The position numbers and the translations under genes are program-made. This document shows, piece after piece, positions 46,559 through 55,359 of a stretch of DNA of 64,000 nucleotides. How positions within the stretch are numbered: position 1 is the stretch's first letter; every line of letters begins with the position of its first letter. Source of the stretch: a virus. Below the pieces are notes generated by a model that was not told where the DNA came from, did not search any database, and saw nothing but the letters and a program-made list of their open reading frames with translations. The stretch is from the IMG/VR virus record IMGVR_UViG_3300050821_005889; one strand, 5' to 3'.

Positions 46559-46604
46559 GGTAATAAAATTTAAGCATCACAAATATGTTAATAATTTTAT
46601 TACC
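46559..46604. repeat. Perfect 12-bp inverted repeat GGTAATAAAATT / AATTTTATTACC with a 22-nt spacer
   Basis: Arms at 46559-46570 and 46593-46604. Lies between the start of 45739..46557 and the RNA genes. Confidence 0.6.
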
Positions 46605-46648
46605 TGCCAACTTTGTTTATCCCCACAACAAATGTTAATATTGCAGGC

Positions 46649-46732
46649 AGGAAGGAGGCTGGCAGGAGTTCAAATCTCTCTTGGTGCCGCAAGGCGCTAT
46701 AGTTTAATTGGCGGAGAACACCTTCCTTACAT
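46649..46732 (+). ncRNA. Circularly permuted tRNA-like element (order: 3' half, GCAA tetraloop, 5' half)
   Basis: Hand-folded. GAAGG 46651-55 pairs with CCTTC 46721-25. T-arm is GGAG 46665-68 / CTCT 46676-79 with loop TTCAAAT. A 7-bp acceptor-like helix TGGTGCC 46682-88 / GGCGCTA 46693-99 is capped by GCAA. TA follows at 46700-01. D-arm is GTTT 46702-05 / GAAC 46716-19 with loop AATTGGCGGA. It ends in CTTACAT (46726-32). Confidence 0.5.
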
Positions 46733-46805
46733 TGCGGTGTAGAGCAGTTGGTAGCTCGTCAGGCTCATAACTTGAAGGCCGGTGGTTCGAGTCCACTCAC
46801 CGCTA
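46733..46805 (+). tRNA. tRNA with CAU anticodon (Met or lysidine-modified Ile2); no encoded CCA
   Basis: Hand-folded cloverleaf. Acceptor 46733-39 / 46798-804 has a U1-U72 mismatch plus 6 Watson-Crick pairs. D-arm is GAGC/GCTC with loop AGTTGGTA. Anticodon arm is TCAGG-CTCATAA-CTTGA. T-arm is GGTGG-TTCGAGT-CCACT. Confidence 0.85.
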
Positions 46806-46916
46806 CAACTAAACTAAAAACGAATGTGGGAACGATTCAGACACAGGTGGTTCAGACGACATCACCATCACAAACATCACTTAGTATTCAAATTAATTCA
46901 CAAACATAATAATCAC

Positions 46917-47282
46917 ATGGCCAACTACATCACAACCCTGGAACTTCCAGATTCAACCCCGGCTCCCATTACAGTACAACTGGTGGGACTGGCGGCAGAC
47001 GGCGTTACCGTACTGCCAATTACCAACATTGCCTTTGCTTCTACAAGCACAGCCGTATTCACTATTGCCCAGGAAACAGCTAATCCTGCCAATGTAGACA
47101 TTACCATTGTAGCTGCCGGAACAGGCACTATTAATGGGACTGCTACATTCTCAGATGGCTCTACCGGGTCAGCAGTACTTACTGTAATCTTCGATGCTAT
47201 TGCTAAAACAGCTTCACTGGTATGGTCTTTAGTTAGCCCTGCACCAGCAGCTCCAGCAGCAGCACCTGTAGTTACAGCGTAA
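46917..47282 (+). CDS. Bacterial Ig-like (Big_2-type) domain protein (121 aa from MANYITT)
   Basis: ORF track frame 46824..47282. The His/Arg-rich first 31 codons are rejected. PITVQLVGLAADG...ASTSTAVFTIAQ...VDITIVAAGTGTINGTATFSDGS...AVLTV looks like Big_2. Confidence 0.55.
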   Translation: MANYITTLELPDSTPAPITVQLVGLAADGVTVLPITNIAFASTSTAVFTIAQETANPANVDITIVAAGTGTINGTATFSDGSTGSAVLTVIFDAIAKTASLVWSLVSPAPAAPAAAPVVTA

Positions 47283-47368
47283 AAAATGGCGGGGACATCT
47301 ATGGCGGGGCTATAGATTCATAAGGGTACCCTGATAATGCAAGAGAGCAATCTCTTTTTTGGAAGAAG

Positions 47369-47413
47369 GCCGAAAGGTGGTTCCGTCAGACGTACCATTC
47401 TTTCGGCTTTTTT
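47369..47413 (+). terminator. Intrinsic terminator
   Basis: GCCGAAAG (47369-76) pairs with CTTTCGGC (47400-07), followed by TTTTTT. An inner TGGT/ACCA pairing is present. Confidence 0.65.
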
Positions 47414-47416
47414 GTG

Positions 47417-47424
47417 TATATTTG
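47417..47424 (+). promoter_or_regulatory. -7 box TATATTTG, 5 nt before the ATG
   Basis: Matches TAnnTTTG. ATG at 47430. Confidence 0.45.
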
Positions 47425-47429
47425 TAGAC

Positions 47430-47687
47430 ATGATAGTCAGAAAAGAGAAGGATTTGGCAGATATAATAAAAGCTGCCATGAAGGCCAGCAAGCATAATAA
47501 ACTCAGTTTATCTTCTGCATCCGGCGTACAGCGCTCAGGTATCTATGGGTACCTGTCCGGTAAAAAATCTATTACCATGAGGACGTTTGTAAAGCTGATG
47601 GCTGCTATGAATTACGAGGTGGATATGAAGTTGATTCTTCTGCCGCCTGTTGTTAAGCAGGCAGAACCAGAACAACAAAAAGTTTAA
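47430..47687 (+). CDS. XRE/Cro-type helix-turn-helix regulator (85 aa)
   Basis: ORF track frame 47337..47687. Start moved past the terminator. LSLSSASGVQRSGIYGYLSGKKSITMRTFVKLMAAMN is a typical HTH_3 pattern. Confidence 0.65.
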   Translation: MIVRKEKDLADIIKAAMKASKHNKLSLSSASGVQRSGIYGYLSGKKSITMRTFVKLMAAMNYEVDMKLILLPPVVKQAEPEQQKV

Positions 47688-47741
47688 TACCTTTGCTCCC
47701 TCCAGGGGTGTCATACCCTCCAGTTTAGTTAGTGTTTAGAG

Positions 47742-47776
47742 GCCGGAAGTTTCTCATCGTTCTTCCGGCTTTTTTT
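47742..47776 (+). terminator. Intrinsic terminator
   Basis: GCCGGAAG (47742-49) pairs with CTTCCGGC (47762-69), followed by TTTTTTT. Confidence 0.7.
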
Positions 47777-47836
47777 ATGCCTGTTAATTTCTTATTTTAA
47801 TAACTATCTGTAAATAATCTATATTTATCGGCTATA

Positions 47837-48451
47837 ATGAACGTTGTAGACGACCAGCAAGATAGTACCGGGATAAAGGTGAGGTTATTCATGCCTCCCA
47901 AAAAGCCCAAGACCATGAAGGAAGCCTATCCCGAATTGGCAGCCGTACCGGAATTTGAAGAGCTGGACGACAATGAACTTCGTTATGTATATTATTTTGC
48001 CTGTAAGGATTCCCCTTTCTATAATGATTTCCCTATACGGGTAAAAGAGTCTAAATGTTTTGATACAGCCTTTGGTAAACACAGGGAAGTGGAAGGAAGG
48101 AAAGCGGCTTTTATAGGCGACATGAAGGATGAGCACATCGTTAAGGCTATCATAGCCATGAAGATGTATTCTCCTACTATTCGCCAGCGCGCCCAGAAGA
48201 TGACCAATATGATGCTGGATGAATATGAGAATATGATTCTTGCATTCAAGAACAGGATATGGCTATCACCCGATGATGCAAAACCTTATGTGGAACTGAC
48301 TGTGAAGATAACCTCTGCATTGCCGGAACTTGTTAAACAGGCAGAGCATGGGTATGGTATAACAGAAAGAGCAAAAGGGAACAATGCTTCGGAAGAACGT
48401 GAGGAAGATGGAATTTTTGAAAACGCAATGAACACAATAGACCCAACTTAA
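47837..48451 (+). CDS. Hypothetical protein immediately upstream of the portal gene (204 aa)
   Basis: ORF track. No motif recognised. A small-terminase role is not supportable from sequence alone. Confidence 0.55.
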   Translation: MNVVDDQQDSTGIKVRLFMPPKKPKTMKEAYPELAAVPEFEELDDNELRYVYYFACKDSPFYNDFPIRVKESKCFDTAFGKHREVEGRKAAFIGDMKDEHIVKAIIAMKMYSPTIRQRAQKMTNMMLDEYENMILAFKNRIWLSPDDAKPYVELTVKITSALPELVKQAEHGYGITERAKGNNASEEREEDGIFENAMNTIDPT

Positions 48452-48454
48452 AAC

Positions 48455-50686
48455 ATGATATTCCCAACAGTCTCCCAAACCATGCACCCTTCCAGAACCT
48501 TACCGGAATCCGAGAAAGGGGAAGAGTATCACGTACAGTGGGGTAGGTACATACTATCACAAACCAATAACCCCATGTCGTTGTATAATATATACAAGTA
48601 TATTATCAACTGGAATTTCTATAAAGGCAATCAATGGATAATGAATGAAGACCTTGAGCCGTTCCTTAAGGACGATAGCGGGGATGTGCGCAACCGTATT
48701 CGTTGGTGTTACAATATTATACGTCCTTTTGTGCGTTCCCTTACCGGCAATTCCATTCTTAATTCCTATACAGTACGAGCTTATAACACTTCTGCTTATG
48801 TTGTTAAGCAGCGAGAAGAAGAGAAGGCCAAGCGGCTCCAGGCACATAAAATGATGGAGGGCATGCCTGCTTTAAAAAAATCATGGAGCAGCAAGATGAA
48901 CCTGGGAAAGACTCCGCAGGAATCGCTGGATAATTTCAGTAATGATAATATTGACATAGGAGAAATGCAGATGAACGCCCTTTTCCGCAGGGTGGAACGT
49001 ATGTCAAACTTCACCATGATGGACGAAGAGATAGTAAAGAACCTGGCGCTGGGCGGAATAGCCACTGTAAAAGAAGAGGTGATAAACGGAGAGTGGTGCG
49101 AACGCGTGATAGACCCTACTTATACTGTTATAGATACTTCTGCAACCTTGCCCGACCTGTCAGATGCTTCCTTTGGAGGAGACCTTGACCTGGATGATGT
49201 GACCCAGACCTTTGAGAAGTGGCCGGGACTCACAGATAGCGAAAGAGAAAAAATAGAACACTATGCAATGGCTGCCCAATGGCTCCAGAGCAGGTTTGAT
49301 TTCTGGACAAGGTTATTTGGTTCTATGTATGGAAGGGTGCCTATGTATAACTTATACTGGCACGACACAGAACCGCTTAAGTATGGATATATTAAAGATG
49401 AGAACGGTCTTACCATGTCTATCATCGACCATCCCAACAGCAAGTACACACAGAAGGATATAGTTCGTAAATCAAAACTACCTGCGGAGAAGAGAATAAA
49501 AGAAATGCAGGAGAGCGGGGTTCACATTAAGCATAAAGATATTATACGCTATATCTCTTTCATACCGGCAGAACTGGTTGGAGAAAATATAGTGGGCGAA
49601 TATGGTGTGTATCCTTATGATGAGGTGTATGATGAAGCCCCATTTGTAAATAAGCTACCTTATAAATATGCTACATACGATTACCGTTACGGAGAACTAC
49701 TTACTCCTACCGATACAATAGTTGACCCGCAACGTATGATGAACAGGTATCTTTCTATGATGGAGGGAGCCCTTAATAGTATGCGTGGTGCCAGTTATAT
49801 TTACGATAAGGGTATTATGGCGGACGAGGATGATGGGGAGTCGGAGATGAAGCGCAAGATGAATAAATCAGAGCCTATCGGGGTAGACGCTTCGCGTTAC
49901 GGAGGCAATGTGCAGAATGCTATTGTGCCTTATAGTAATACCGATATGCTTAACGCCGCCACCGGGTACACTACCATCCTCAATAATATAAAACTGATGA
50001 CCGAAAATACTACCGGGGTCAACCAGTATATGCAGGGGTTGGGAGCCGGTAAGAAATTAGCCGTGGGAGTACAGCAAAGCTCCATCGAACAGGGCACCCT
50101 AATGCAGCAGTCCTTCTATGCCCGTGTAGCTAATTTGTACCTGGACATCTATAAGAACATAGCTAACAGGGGACGTAAGTTCTACGCAAAAGATTCAAAG
50201 ATTATCTATGAGATGCTTCACGGTTCTTTGCAGGAGTTTAAATTTTTAAAGGATAACAGGTACCAGAATTTCCATGTAGAGCTTCGCAGGGTACCGGATT
50301 CCTTTACGGACATCGACCAGGTGAACCAGATGTTGTTCCAGTTAAAGCAACTTGACCTTATAGGAGATGAACAATTTGCTACCCTGTTTAGTCGCGCAGA
50401 ACTTGACCAGGTTTCTTCTGCTATATTGGAATATACGCGTAGTAAACAGAGGTTATCAGACCACATGCAGCAGGAGCAGCAACAGCAAAAACAGGAAGCG
50501 CAGGGTCAGCAACAGCAGGAGCGCCAGGATACATTTAACATGGCCAACAGCGATAAGCAGTTTAAGCTCATGGAGGAACATCTTAAGGGAGCCAATAAAA
50601 TTGATGCCATAAAAGCTAAGGGAGATACCGACCTGGCATACCAGATGCTGATTGCAAAAAGTAAAGAAAATCAAAACCAGGAATAA
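48455..50686 (+). CDS. Putative portal protein
   Basis: ORF track. 743 aa with a Gln-rich acidic/basic C-terminal tail (QQEQQQQKQEAQGQQQQERQ). Size and position are typical of portals. No search was run. Confidence 0.55.
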   Translation: MIFPTVSQTMHPSRTLPESEKGEEYHVQWGRYILSQTNNPMSLYNIYKYIINWNFYKGNQWIMNEDLEPFLKDDSGDVRNRIRWCYNIIRPFVRSLTGNSILNSYTVRAYNTSAYVVKQREEEKAKRLQAHKMMEGMPALKKSWSSKMNLGKTPQESLDNFSNDNIDIGEMQMNALFRRVERMSNFTMMDEEIVKNLALGGIATVKEEVINGEWCERVIDPTYTVIDTSATLPDLSDASFGGDLDLDDVTQTFEKWPGLTDSEREKIEHYAMAAQWLQSRFDFWTRLFGSMYGRVPMYNLYWHDTEPLKYGYIKDENGLTMSIIDHPNSKYTQKDIVRKSKLPAEKRIKEMQESGVHIKHKDIIRYISFIPAELVGENIVGEYGVYPYDEVYDEAPFVNKLPYKYATYDYRYGELLTPTDTIVDPQRMMNRYLSMMEGALNSMRGASYIYDKGIMADEDDGESEMKRKMNKSEPIGVDASRYGGNVQNAIVPYSNTDMLNAATGYTTILNNIKLMTENTTGVNQYMQGLGAGKKLAVGVQQSSIEQGTLMQQSFYARVANLYLDIYKNIANRGRKFYAKDSKIIYEMLHGSLQEFKFLKDNRYQNFHVELRRVPDSFTDIDQVNQMLFQLKQLDLIGDEQFATLFSRAELDQVSSAILEYTRSKQRLSDHMQQEQQQQKQEAQGQQQQERQDTFNMANSDKQFKLMEEHLKGANKIDAIKAKGDTDLAYQMLIAKSKENQNQE

Positions 50687-50687
50687 G

Positions 50688-52766
50688 ATGAAGAAGACAG
50701 TAGGATTAGTACTTGCGATAATATTAGCCTTGATGTTTGTGCTCAGTGCCGGGGCGCAAACAAAACCAATTTCATTTCATTATCATGAACGCCGCGTAAC
50801 AGTAAGGCACAAAGGAATAGAATCATTTACACATCCATCGTATCCCGGATATAGGTTTGTGGTGGATTCGGATAGGGTTTATAAAGGTATAGCTATTGAT
50901 AAATTTCACCACAGGGCTATGCGTATGATATATTTATCAAAAGGGAAGGATTCAATTGCATGGCTCCCTATTGATATTCAAAAGGTTCTATGTGATAAAA
51001 TGGCTACACCCCCAATGCCAATGCAGTCACCACCTGTTACCATACCGGGTATTGTTCCTTCATTGCAATCCTTGCCGGGATGTCCTTATGTTCTTTATAT
51101 GAATTTCAGTGGCGGCAGAATTTATAATATAAATTGGTGCGACACTGCCTTTACTTGTGCTGCTGCACAATTGACAACAGCTCAGATTATAGAAACATGG
51201 GCTCGCGTAGCAGAGAAATACAGGTTGTTCAATGTAAATATAACAACGGATTCAAATGTTTATAATGCTGCGAAGTATAAAGGGTATTGTATGATAACCC
51301 CTACATGGCAATGGTATGGGGAGCTACCTGGTGGAGTTTCTTTTGTAGGTGCAGGATGGAATCTTATTGCATACAACCCATGTTTCAGTTTTACTACAGG
51401 GCTTGCTAATACACCTCAGTATATAGCAGAGGCTACCGCGCATGAGTTTGGACATTTGATACCTGGGTTTATTCATCACGGACAATTTAATTCGTCCTGT
51501 GTTAATATTAATCAATACAATCAAGGCCACGGCTCAGGCATAAATGGCTGGGCTCCTATTATGGGTAGCGGGTATGGCTTCCAATGGGATTTGTGGGCGG
51601 ATTCTGCCACTACAGCAGCTACCTGTTATTTACAGCCACAACATGATTACAAACAGGCAAATAGCAATGGGCTTACTTATAGGGTAGACGACATAGGCAA
51701 TAATATAAATACAGCAAGGGCTGAAACGATAATCAATAATTCCTTTTCTGATAGTGGTGTAATTACTCCGGGGGATACCGATGTACTTAAGATTAGCACA
51801 ACAGGAGGGTCATTAACAGTAAATGTTAATCCGTGGTCATGGAATGGCTCCGGCACATGCCTGCTCCCAAAGATGGTTATAAAGAACAGTGCAGGACAAA
51901 TTATTAGTATTGATACACCTAATACCATTGGTATAACACGGACTATTACCGGCTTGCCATCCGGGTCTTATTATGTTTTTATTACCGGCAGGTATCTTAT
52001 ATCATGGCTTGATTACGGGTATAAATTAATTCCGACAGCAGGACAATTTTACATTACCGGAACCATTACACAAACAGCGCAACCTCCAGTAATCCAGGTA
52101 AACAATTCATCTATATGCAAAGGACAGACAACAACACTGATAGTGAGCGGAGGCTCCAGCTATTCGTGGACGCCGGGGACAGGGTTGTCCGCGACCAGTG
52201 GGGCAACCATATTAGCGTCACCTACTGTCACTACTACCTATACTATCGTTGGGACGGGGTCGAATGGGTTGAGCGGCTCAACCACCTCCATAGTTACAAT
52301 CAATCCCCCACCGACCATAACGACATCTCCATCCTCACAAACAATTAGTGCAGGTAAGACTGCGCAGATAGTTGCTTCGGGTGCAAGCGTTTATTCCTGG
52401 AGCCCAACAGGGCTCACGGGGTCAGACGTAACAGTTTCTCCTGCGATAAGTACAACTTATACAGTTACAGGAACCAGTAGTACCGGGTGTACTTCTACCT
52501 CTACTGCGATAGTAGATGTGACTACAACAAGCTGTGCTACCCCTGTAACAACATTAAAGTTTAATACAGCAAACAGAACAAGCGCCCTGCTTCAATTCCC
52601 TGACAATGGAGCGTGTAGTTACACCGGAACAATCACTCCTGCCGGTGGAATTGTAACAATTCAAAAGAGCAGTCCTAACCAGGTGCATGTGACAGGATTA
52701 AAGACCCAGACTTTATACACCCTGACTATCAATGGCGGGGTGCCGGTTCAATTTAAAACGCAGTAA
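50688..52766 (+). CDS. Secreted zinc metalloprotease (metzincin-like HEFGH) with C-terminal Ig-like/SprB-type repeats
   Basis: ORF track frame. ATG at 50688 gives the signal peptide MKKTVGLVLAIILALMFVLSAGA-QT. HEFGHLIPGFIHH sits at 51441-51479. The C-terminus has repeated CKGQTTTLIVSGGSSYSWTPG / ISAGKTAQIVASGASVYSWSP modules. Confidence 0.7.
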   Translation: MKKTVGLVLAIILALMFVLSAGAQTKPISFHYHERRVTVRHKGIESFTHPSYPGYRFVVDSDRVYKGIAIDKFHHRAMRMIYLSKGKDSIAWLPIDIQKVLCDKMATPPMPMQSPPVTIPGIVPSLQSLPGCPYVLYMNFSGGRIYNINWCDTAFTCAAAQLTTAQIIETWARVAEKYRLFNVNITTDSNVYNAAKYKGYCMITPTWQWYGELPGGVSFVGAGWNLIAYNPCFSFTTGLANTPQYIAEATAHEFGHLIPGFIHHGQFNSSCVNINQYNQGHGSGINGWAPIMGSGYGFQWDLWADSATTAATCYLQPQHDYKQANSNGLTYRVDDIGNNINTARAETIINNSFSDSGVITPGDTDVLKISTTGGSLTVNVNPWSWNGSGTCLLPKMVIKNSAGQIISIDTPNTIGITRTITGLPSGSYYVFITGRYLISWLDYGYKLIPTAGQFYITGTITQTAQPPVIQVNNSSICKGQTTTLIVSGGSSYSWTPGTGLSATSGATILASPTVTTTYTIVGTGSNGLSGSTTSIVTINPPPTITTSPSSQTISAGKTAQIVASGASVYSWSPTGLTGSDVTVSPAISTTYTVTGTSSTGCTSTSTAIVDVTTTSCATPVTTLKFNTANRTSALLQFPDNGACSYTGTITPAGGIVTIQKSSPNQVHVTGLKTQTLYTLTINGGVPVQFKTQ

Positions 52767-52816
52767 TATTTTAAAGGTGATTAACAAAACAATTATCTGG
52801 GCATAATCAACAAACC

Positions 52817-52824
52817 TAATTTTG
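52817..52824 (+). promoter_or_regulatory. -7 box TAATTTTG, 4 nt before the ATG
   Basis: Matches TAnnTTTG. ATG at 52829. Confidence 0.45.
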
Positions 52825-52828
52825 TCAC

Positions 52829-53557
52829 ATGGCACATTTCCAGGCAAGCCTTACTGAAAATAATATCCCGGCAATAAGCCTTGACGCAACGACCGGGATT
52901 ATAACTTTTGTGGACTCCTCAAACTACGGAGCTAACACAGACCCTGGGCATACCCTTTCTAACTTTTCGGTTTACAGGCGTTTTGTGGTACTTGATTTTA
53001 ATAATGTTGCCACAGTATATGATGCAGAAGGAAATGGAGGGGTTACAATTCAGCCTCCATCTACAGCTCCCGATAGCGGTAATGACCCACAGACCTATCA
53101 GACTGATGGGGATGGAGTTTATACTGTAACATTATATACTGTTCCGGTTTATAATTCCGGTGTATCCTATAGCCTGGGAGACCAGGTTTGGTACGCTGGA
53201 AGTTTTTACAACAGTCTTCAAAATTCAAATAGTGCCAATACTCCGGGCTCTGCCCCTTCATGGTGGTCTTTGCTTGGTGCTGATGCTTCTGCTACCAATC
53301 CAGACTTCCTGTCTTCCAAGTACCGGGTGTGGATTAATTTTTCTATTACTACAGCTCTTATCAATTGCTGGATGAATGCAGTGGTTAGTGCAGCTAATGT
53401 ACAATACAGTTCTCTCAATCCATGCAAGAACGAGGATATGATGAGGGCAAACCAGATGGACATGATACTGACTGCCATTAACATCAATGCCACTAATGGG
53501 AAATGGGATGAAGTGACGGCTCTTATTACACAAGCTCAATCAATTTGTAACTGCTAA
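52829..53557 (+). CDS. Fibre-module protein with a CBM5/12-like carbohydrate-binding motif
   Basis: ORF track. YSLGDQVWYAGSFYNSLQNSNSANTPGSAPSWWSLL resembles Y-x-GD-V-Y-G-x-Y...N-x-x-P...W. Confidence 0.5.
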   Translation: MAHFQASLTENNIPAISLDATTGIITFVDSSNYGANTDPGHTLSNFSVYRRFVVLDFNNVATVYDAEGNGGVTIQPPSTAPDSGNDPQTYQTDGDGVYTVTLYTVPVYNSGVSYSLGDQVWYAGSFYNSLQNSNSANTPGSAPSWWSLLGADASATNPDFLSSKYRVWINFSITTALINCWMNAVVSAANVQYSSLNPCKNEDMMRANQMDMILTAININATNGKWDEVTALITQAQSICNC

Positions 53558-53838
53558 TGCCAACCCAGGTACAATATAGCGGACTCACCTTTGCACAACA
53601 GGTATCTATTGTGGATGGCTGTTATGCAGACAGGTTCTCACAATATATATGCGACCCATGCAGGGCTATCAAGTGCTGCAGTGATGAATGCTTTTGGGAA
53701 CTAAGATGGTTGCAGATGGTAGTGAAGGTTCTCAGTCAGGGGACAGTTCAGAATACACTTACTGAACAACAGCTCCAGGCCATGATAGCCGATACAGAGT
53801 GTTTAAATTTTATTCCAGCTTCATTAAATGGCTCTTAG
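53557..53838 (+). CDS. Hypothetical Cys-rich protein (93 aa)
   Basis: ORF track. Overlapping start and stop. Confidence 0.5.
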   Translation: MPTQVQYSGLTFAQQVSIVDGCYADRFSQYICDPCRAIKCCSDECFWELRWLQMVVKVLSQGTVQNTLTEQQLQAMIADTECLNFIPASLNGS

Positions 53839-55359
53839 ATGAATCAATGTTTTAATCCTTTACAGTTTCAGAGTGGCAGTCCACTACCCCCGGTTACAAC
53901 CAGCGAGGTGACATGGAATGGCGGAGCCCTGAACTTTTTGGGATTCAACGACGGAGCTAATTATAACAATATAGGACTTGCTATAGATGCGGCTCTTCAA
54001 ACTTTAACTACAGCCCTCTCAGGTTCTACATGGAACTATACGCAGATAACCAGCAATGCCGCTATTACTAATGGGGGTCTTACTATTAATTCAGGTACCC
54101 GGCTTGATAATGCTTTCTCGCAGGTGCTTGGATATATAGGTACAATTAATACTACTATATCAGGCTTAGGGCTTACTTCTATAGCCGGTGGGACATTTGC
54201 CAATATCACAGGTAGCCCTTTTGCAACTCTTAATGCGATTATTACAGGGCTTAATACGGATATAGGGACATTAAAGACAGCAGTGGCTCCTATAGGTACC
54301 TTTGAAACTACAGCCGATGTAATATCAAGGGAGTCAGACCATTTTGTAAACTTTATAGTAGCTTCCGGGTTGGGGCAATCTTCTACCGGGTTGAGTTATA
54401 CTATAGCTGCCGGTACCGGATACGTAGGAGGGGTAAGGTTAACTATAACTTCTGCAACAGGAGCGCTTACAGCCACTTCTGACAACTATCTTTATTTGCA
54501 AAACAATAGCGGGACAGGAACTATTATTCCGGTAGCCGTTCCTATTAGCGGGTCTCCAACACCGCCTTCCAATTCTATTGTTCTTTGGAAGCTGACCACT
54601 AATGGTTCTGCGGTAACAGCCGTTGCAGACCTGCGTAATTTCAGGTACCTGGCAGCAGGTCAGTTTAATCCAAGCGATATAGGCTCAGGCGACATAACTT
54701 CTGCTATGCTTGCTAACACAGCAGTTACAGCAGGCTCTTATGTAGCAGCAAACATTACTGTCAATGCACAGGGGCAAATAACAGCCGCCTCCAGTATCTT
54801 CAATATCACATCAGTAACTAACGGGCAATTATTACAATATAACTCTACAGCAACCGCCTGGGAGAATGTCAATCTTATTGGCTCCGGCGGTTTATTCCCA
54901 ACAGGAACTAACGGCCAGTTCCCGGTATATAATGGCTCCGGCGGATTTACAGCTACCACTATAACTTCATCCAACCTGTCAGACTTCAACCTTACATCAC
55001 CTGCTAATTTTGCAAGGTTGACTTATGATACCGCTACCAGTAAGATTATATTCCGCAATGAGTTCAACAGGGTTACCCTAACAGGAACCGCTACACTTAC
55101 TATAGAACAGACCCTGGCAGCAGTTAATACAACGAGTGCCGCCTTTACATTAACACTTCCCGCCGCCAGTACTTTCCCGGTAGGGGTAATGTATATCATT
55201 AAAGATGAGGGTTATGATTGCGCTACCCACAACCTGACCATAGCTATACAGTCCGGTGATAAGTGGAATAATGGCAGCGTTGGCGTGGGTACGACCATGA
55301 GTTCTAACGGACAGGTTATAAAATTCTACAGCGACGGCTCTGCATTTCATTTGGTGTAA
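53839..55359 (+). CDS. Tail-fibre / receptor-binding-like protein (506 aa)
   Basis: ORF track. Thr/Ser/Gly/Asn/Ala-rich beta composition similar to 39533..41404. Confidence 0.6.
   Translation: MNQCFNPLQFQSGSPLPPVTTSEVTWNGGALNFLGFNDGANYNNIGLAIDAALQTLTTALSGSTWNYTQITSNAAITNGGLTINSGTRLDNAFSQVLGYIGTINTTISGLGLTSIAGGTFANITGSPFATLNAIITGLNTDIGTLKTAVAPIGTFETTADVISRESDHFVNFIVASGLGQSSTGLSYTIAAGTGYVGGVRLTITSATGALTATSDNYLYLQNNSGTGTIIPVAVPISGSPTPPSNSIVLWKLTTNGSAVTAVADLRNFRYLAAGQFNPSDIGSGDITSAMLANTAVTAGSYVAANITVNAQGQITAASSIFNITSVTNGQLLQYNSTATAWENVNLIGSGGLFPTGTNGQFPVYNGSGGFTATTITSSNLSDFNLTSPANFARLTYDTATSKIIFRNEFNRVTLTGTATLTIEQTLAAVNTTSAAFTLTLPAASTFPVGVMYIIKDEGYDCATHNLTIAIQSGDKWNNGSVGVGTTMSSNGQVIKFYSDGSAFHLV

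Noticed and set aside
46488-46742. 84-aa plus-strand ORF spanning the inverted repeat, the tRNA-like element and the tRNA 5' end
   Set aside because: It overlaps the start of the minus-strand gene and two structured RNA elements. Its composition is not protein-like.
46733-46805. tRNA gene as an integration (att) site, and the upstream tRNA-like halves as att remnants
   Set aside because: No integrase or recombinase is visible in 64 kb. An attP would carry only a 3' tRNA segment, not a 3' half followed by a complementary 5' half joined by a tetraloop. It is kept as a formal alternative under the main finding.
46824-46916. His/Arg-rich N-terminal extension (MWERFRHRWFRRHHHHKHH...) of the Big_2 protein ORF
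   Set aside because: It begins only 19 nt after the 3' end of the tRNA gene and looks like read-through of an A/C-rich leader. The internal ATG at 46917 gives a sensible domain start.
47690-47760. 59-aa minus-strand ORF (MTPLEGAKVLNFLLFWF...) preceded by a hairpin and an ACTAACTAAAC box, antisense to the XRE gene
   Set aside because: The translation looks like junk and the plus-strand HTH protein is clearly genuine. Only the orphan box is recorded.
47837-48451. Calling the 204-aa protein upstream of the portal gene a small terminase
   Set aside because: It is not adjacent to terL and shows no recognisable DNA-binding or oligomerisation motif. Position alone is insufficient.
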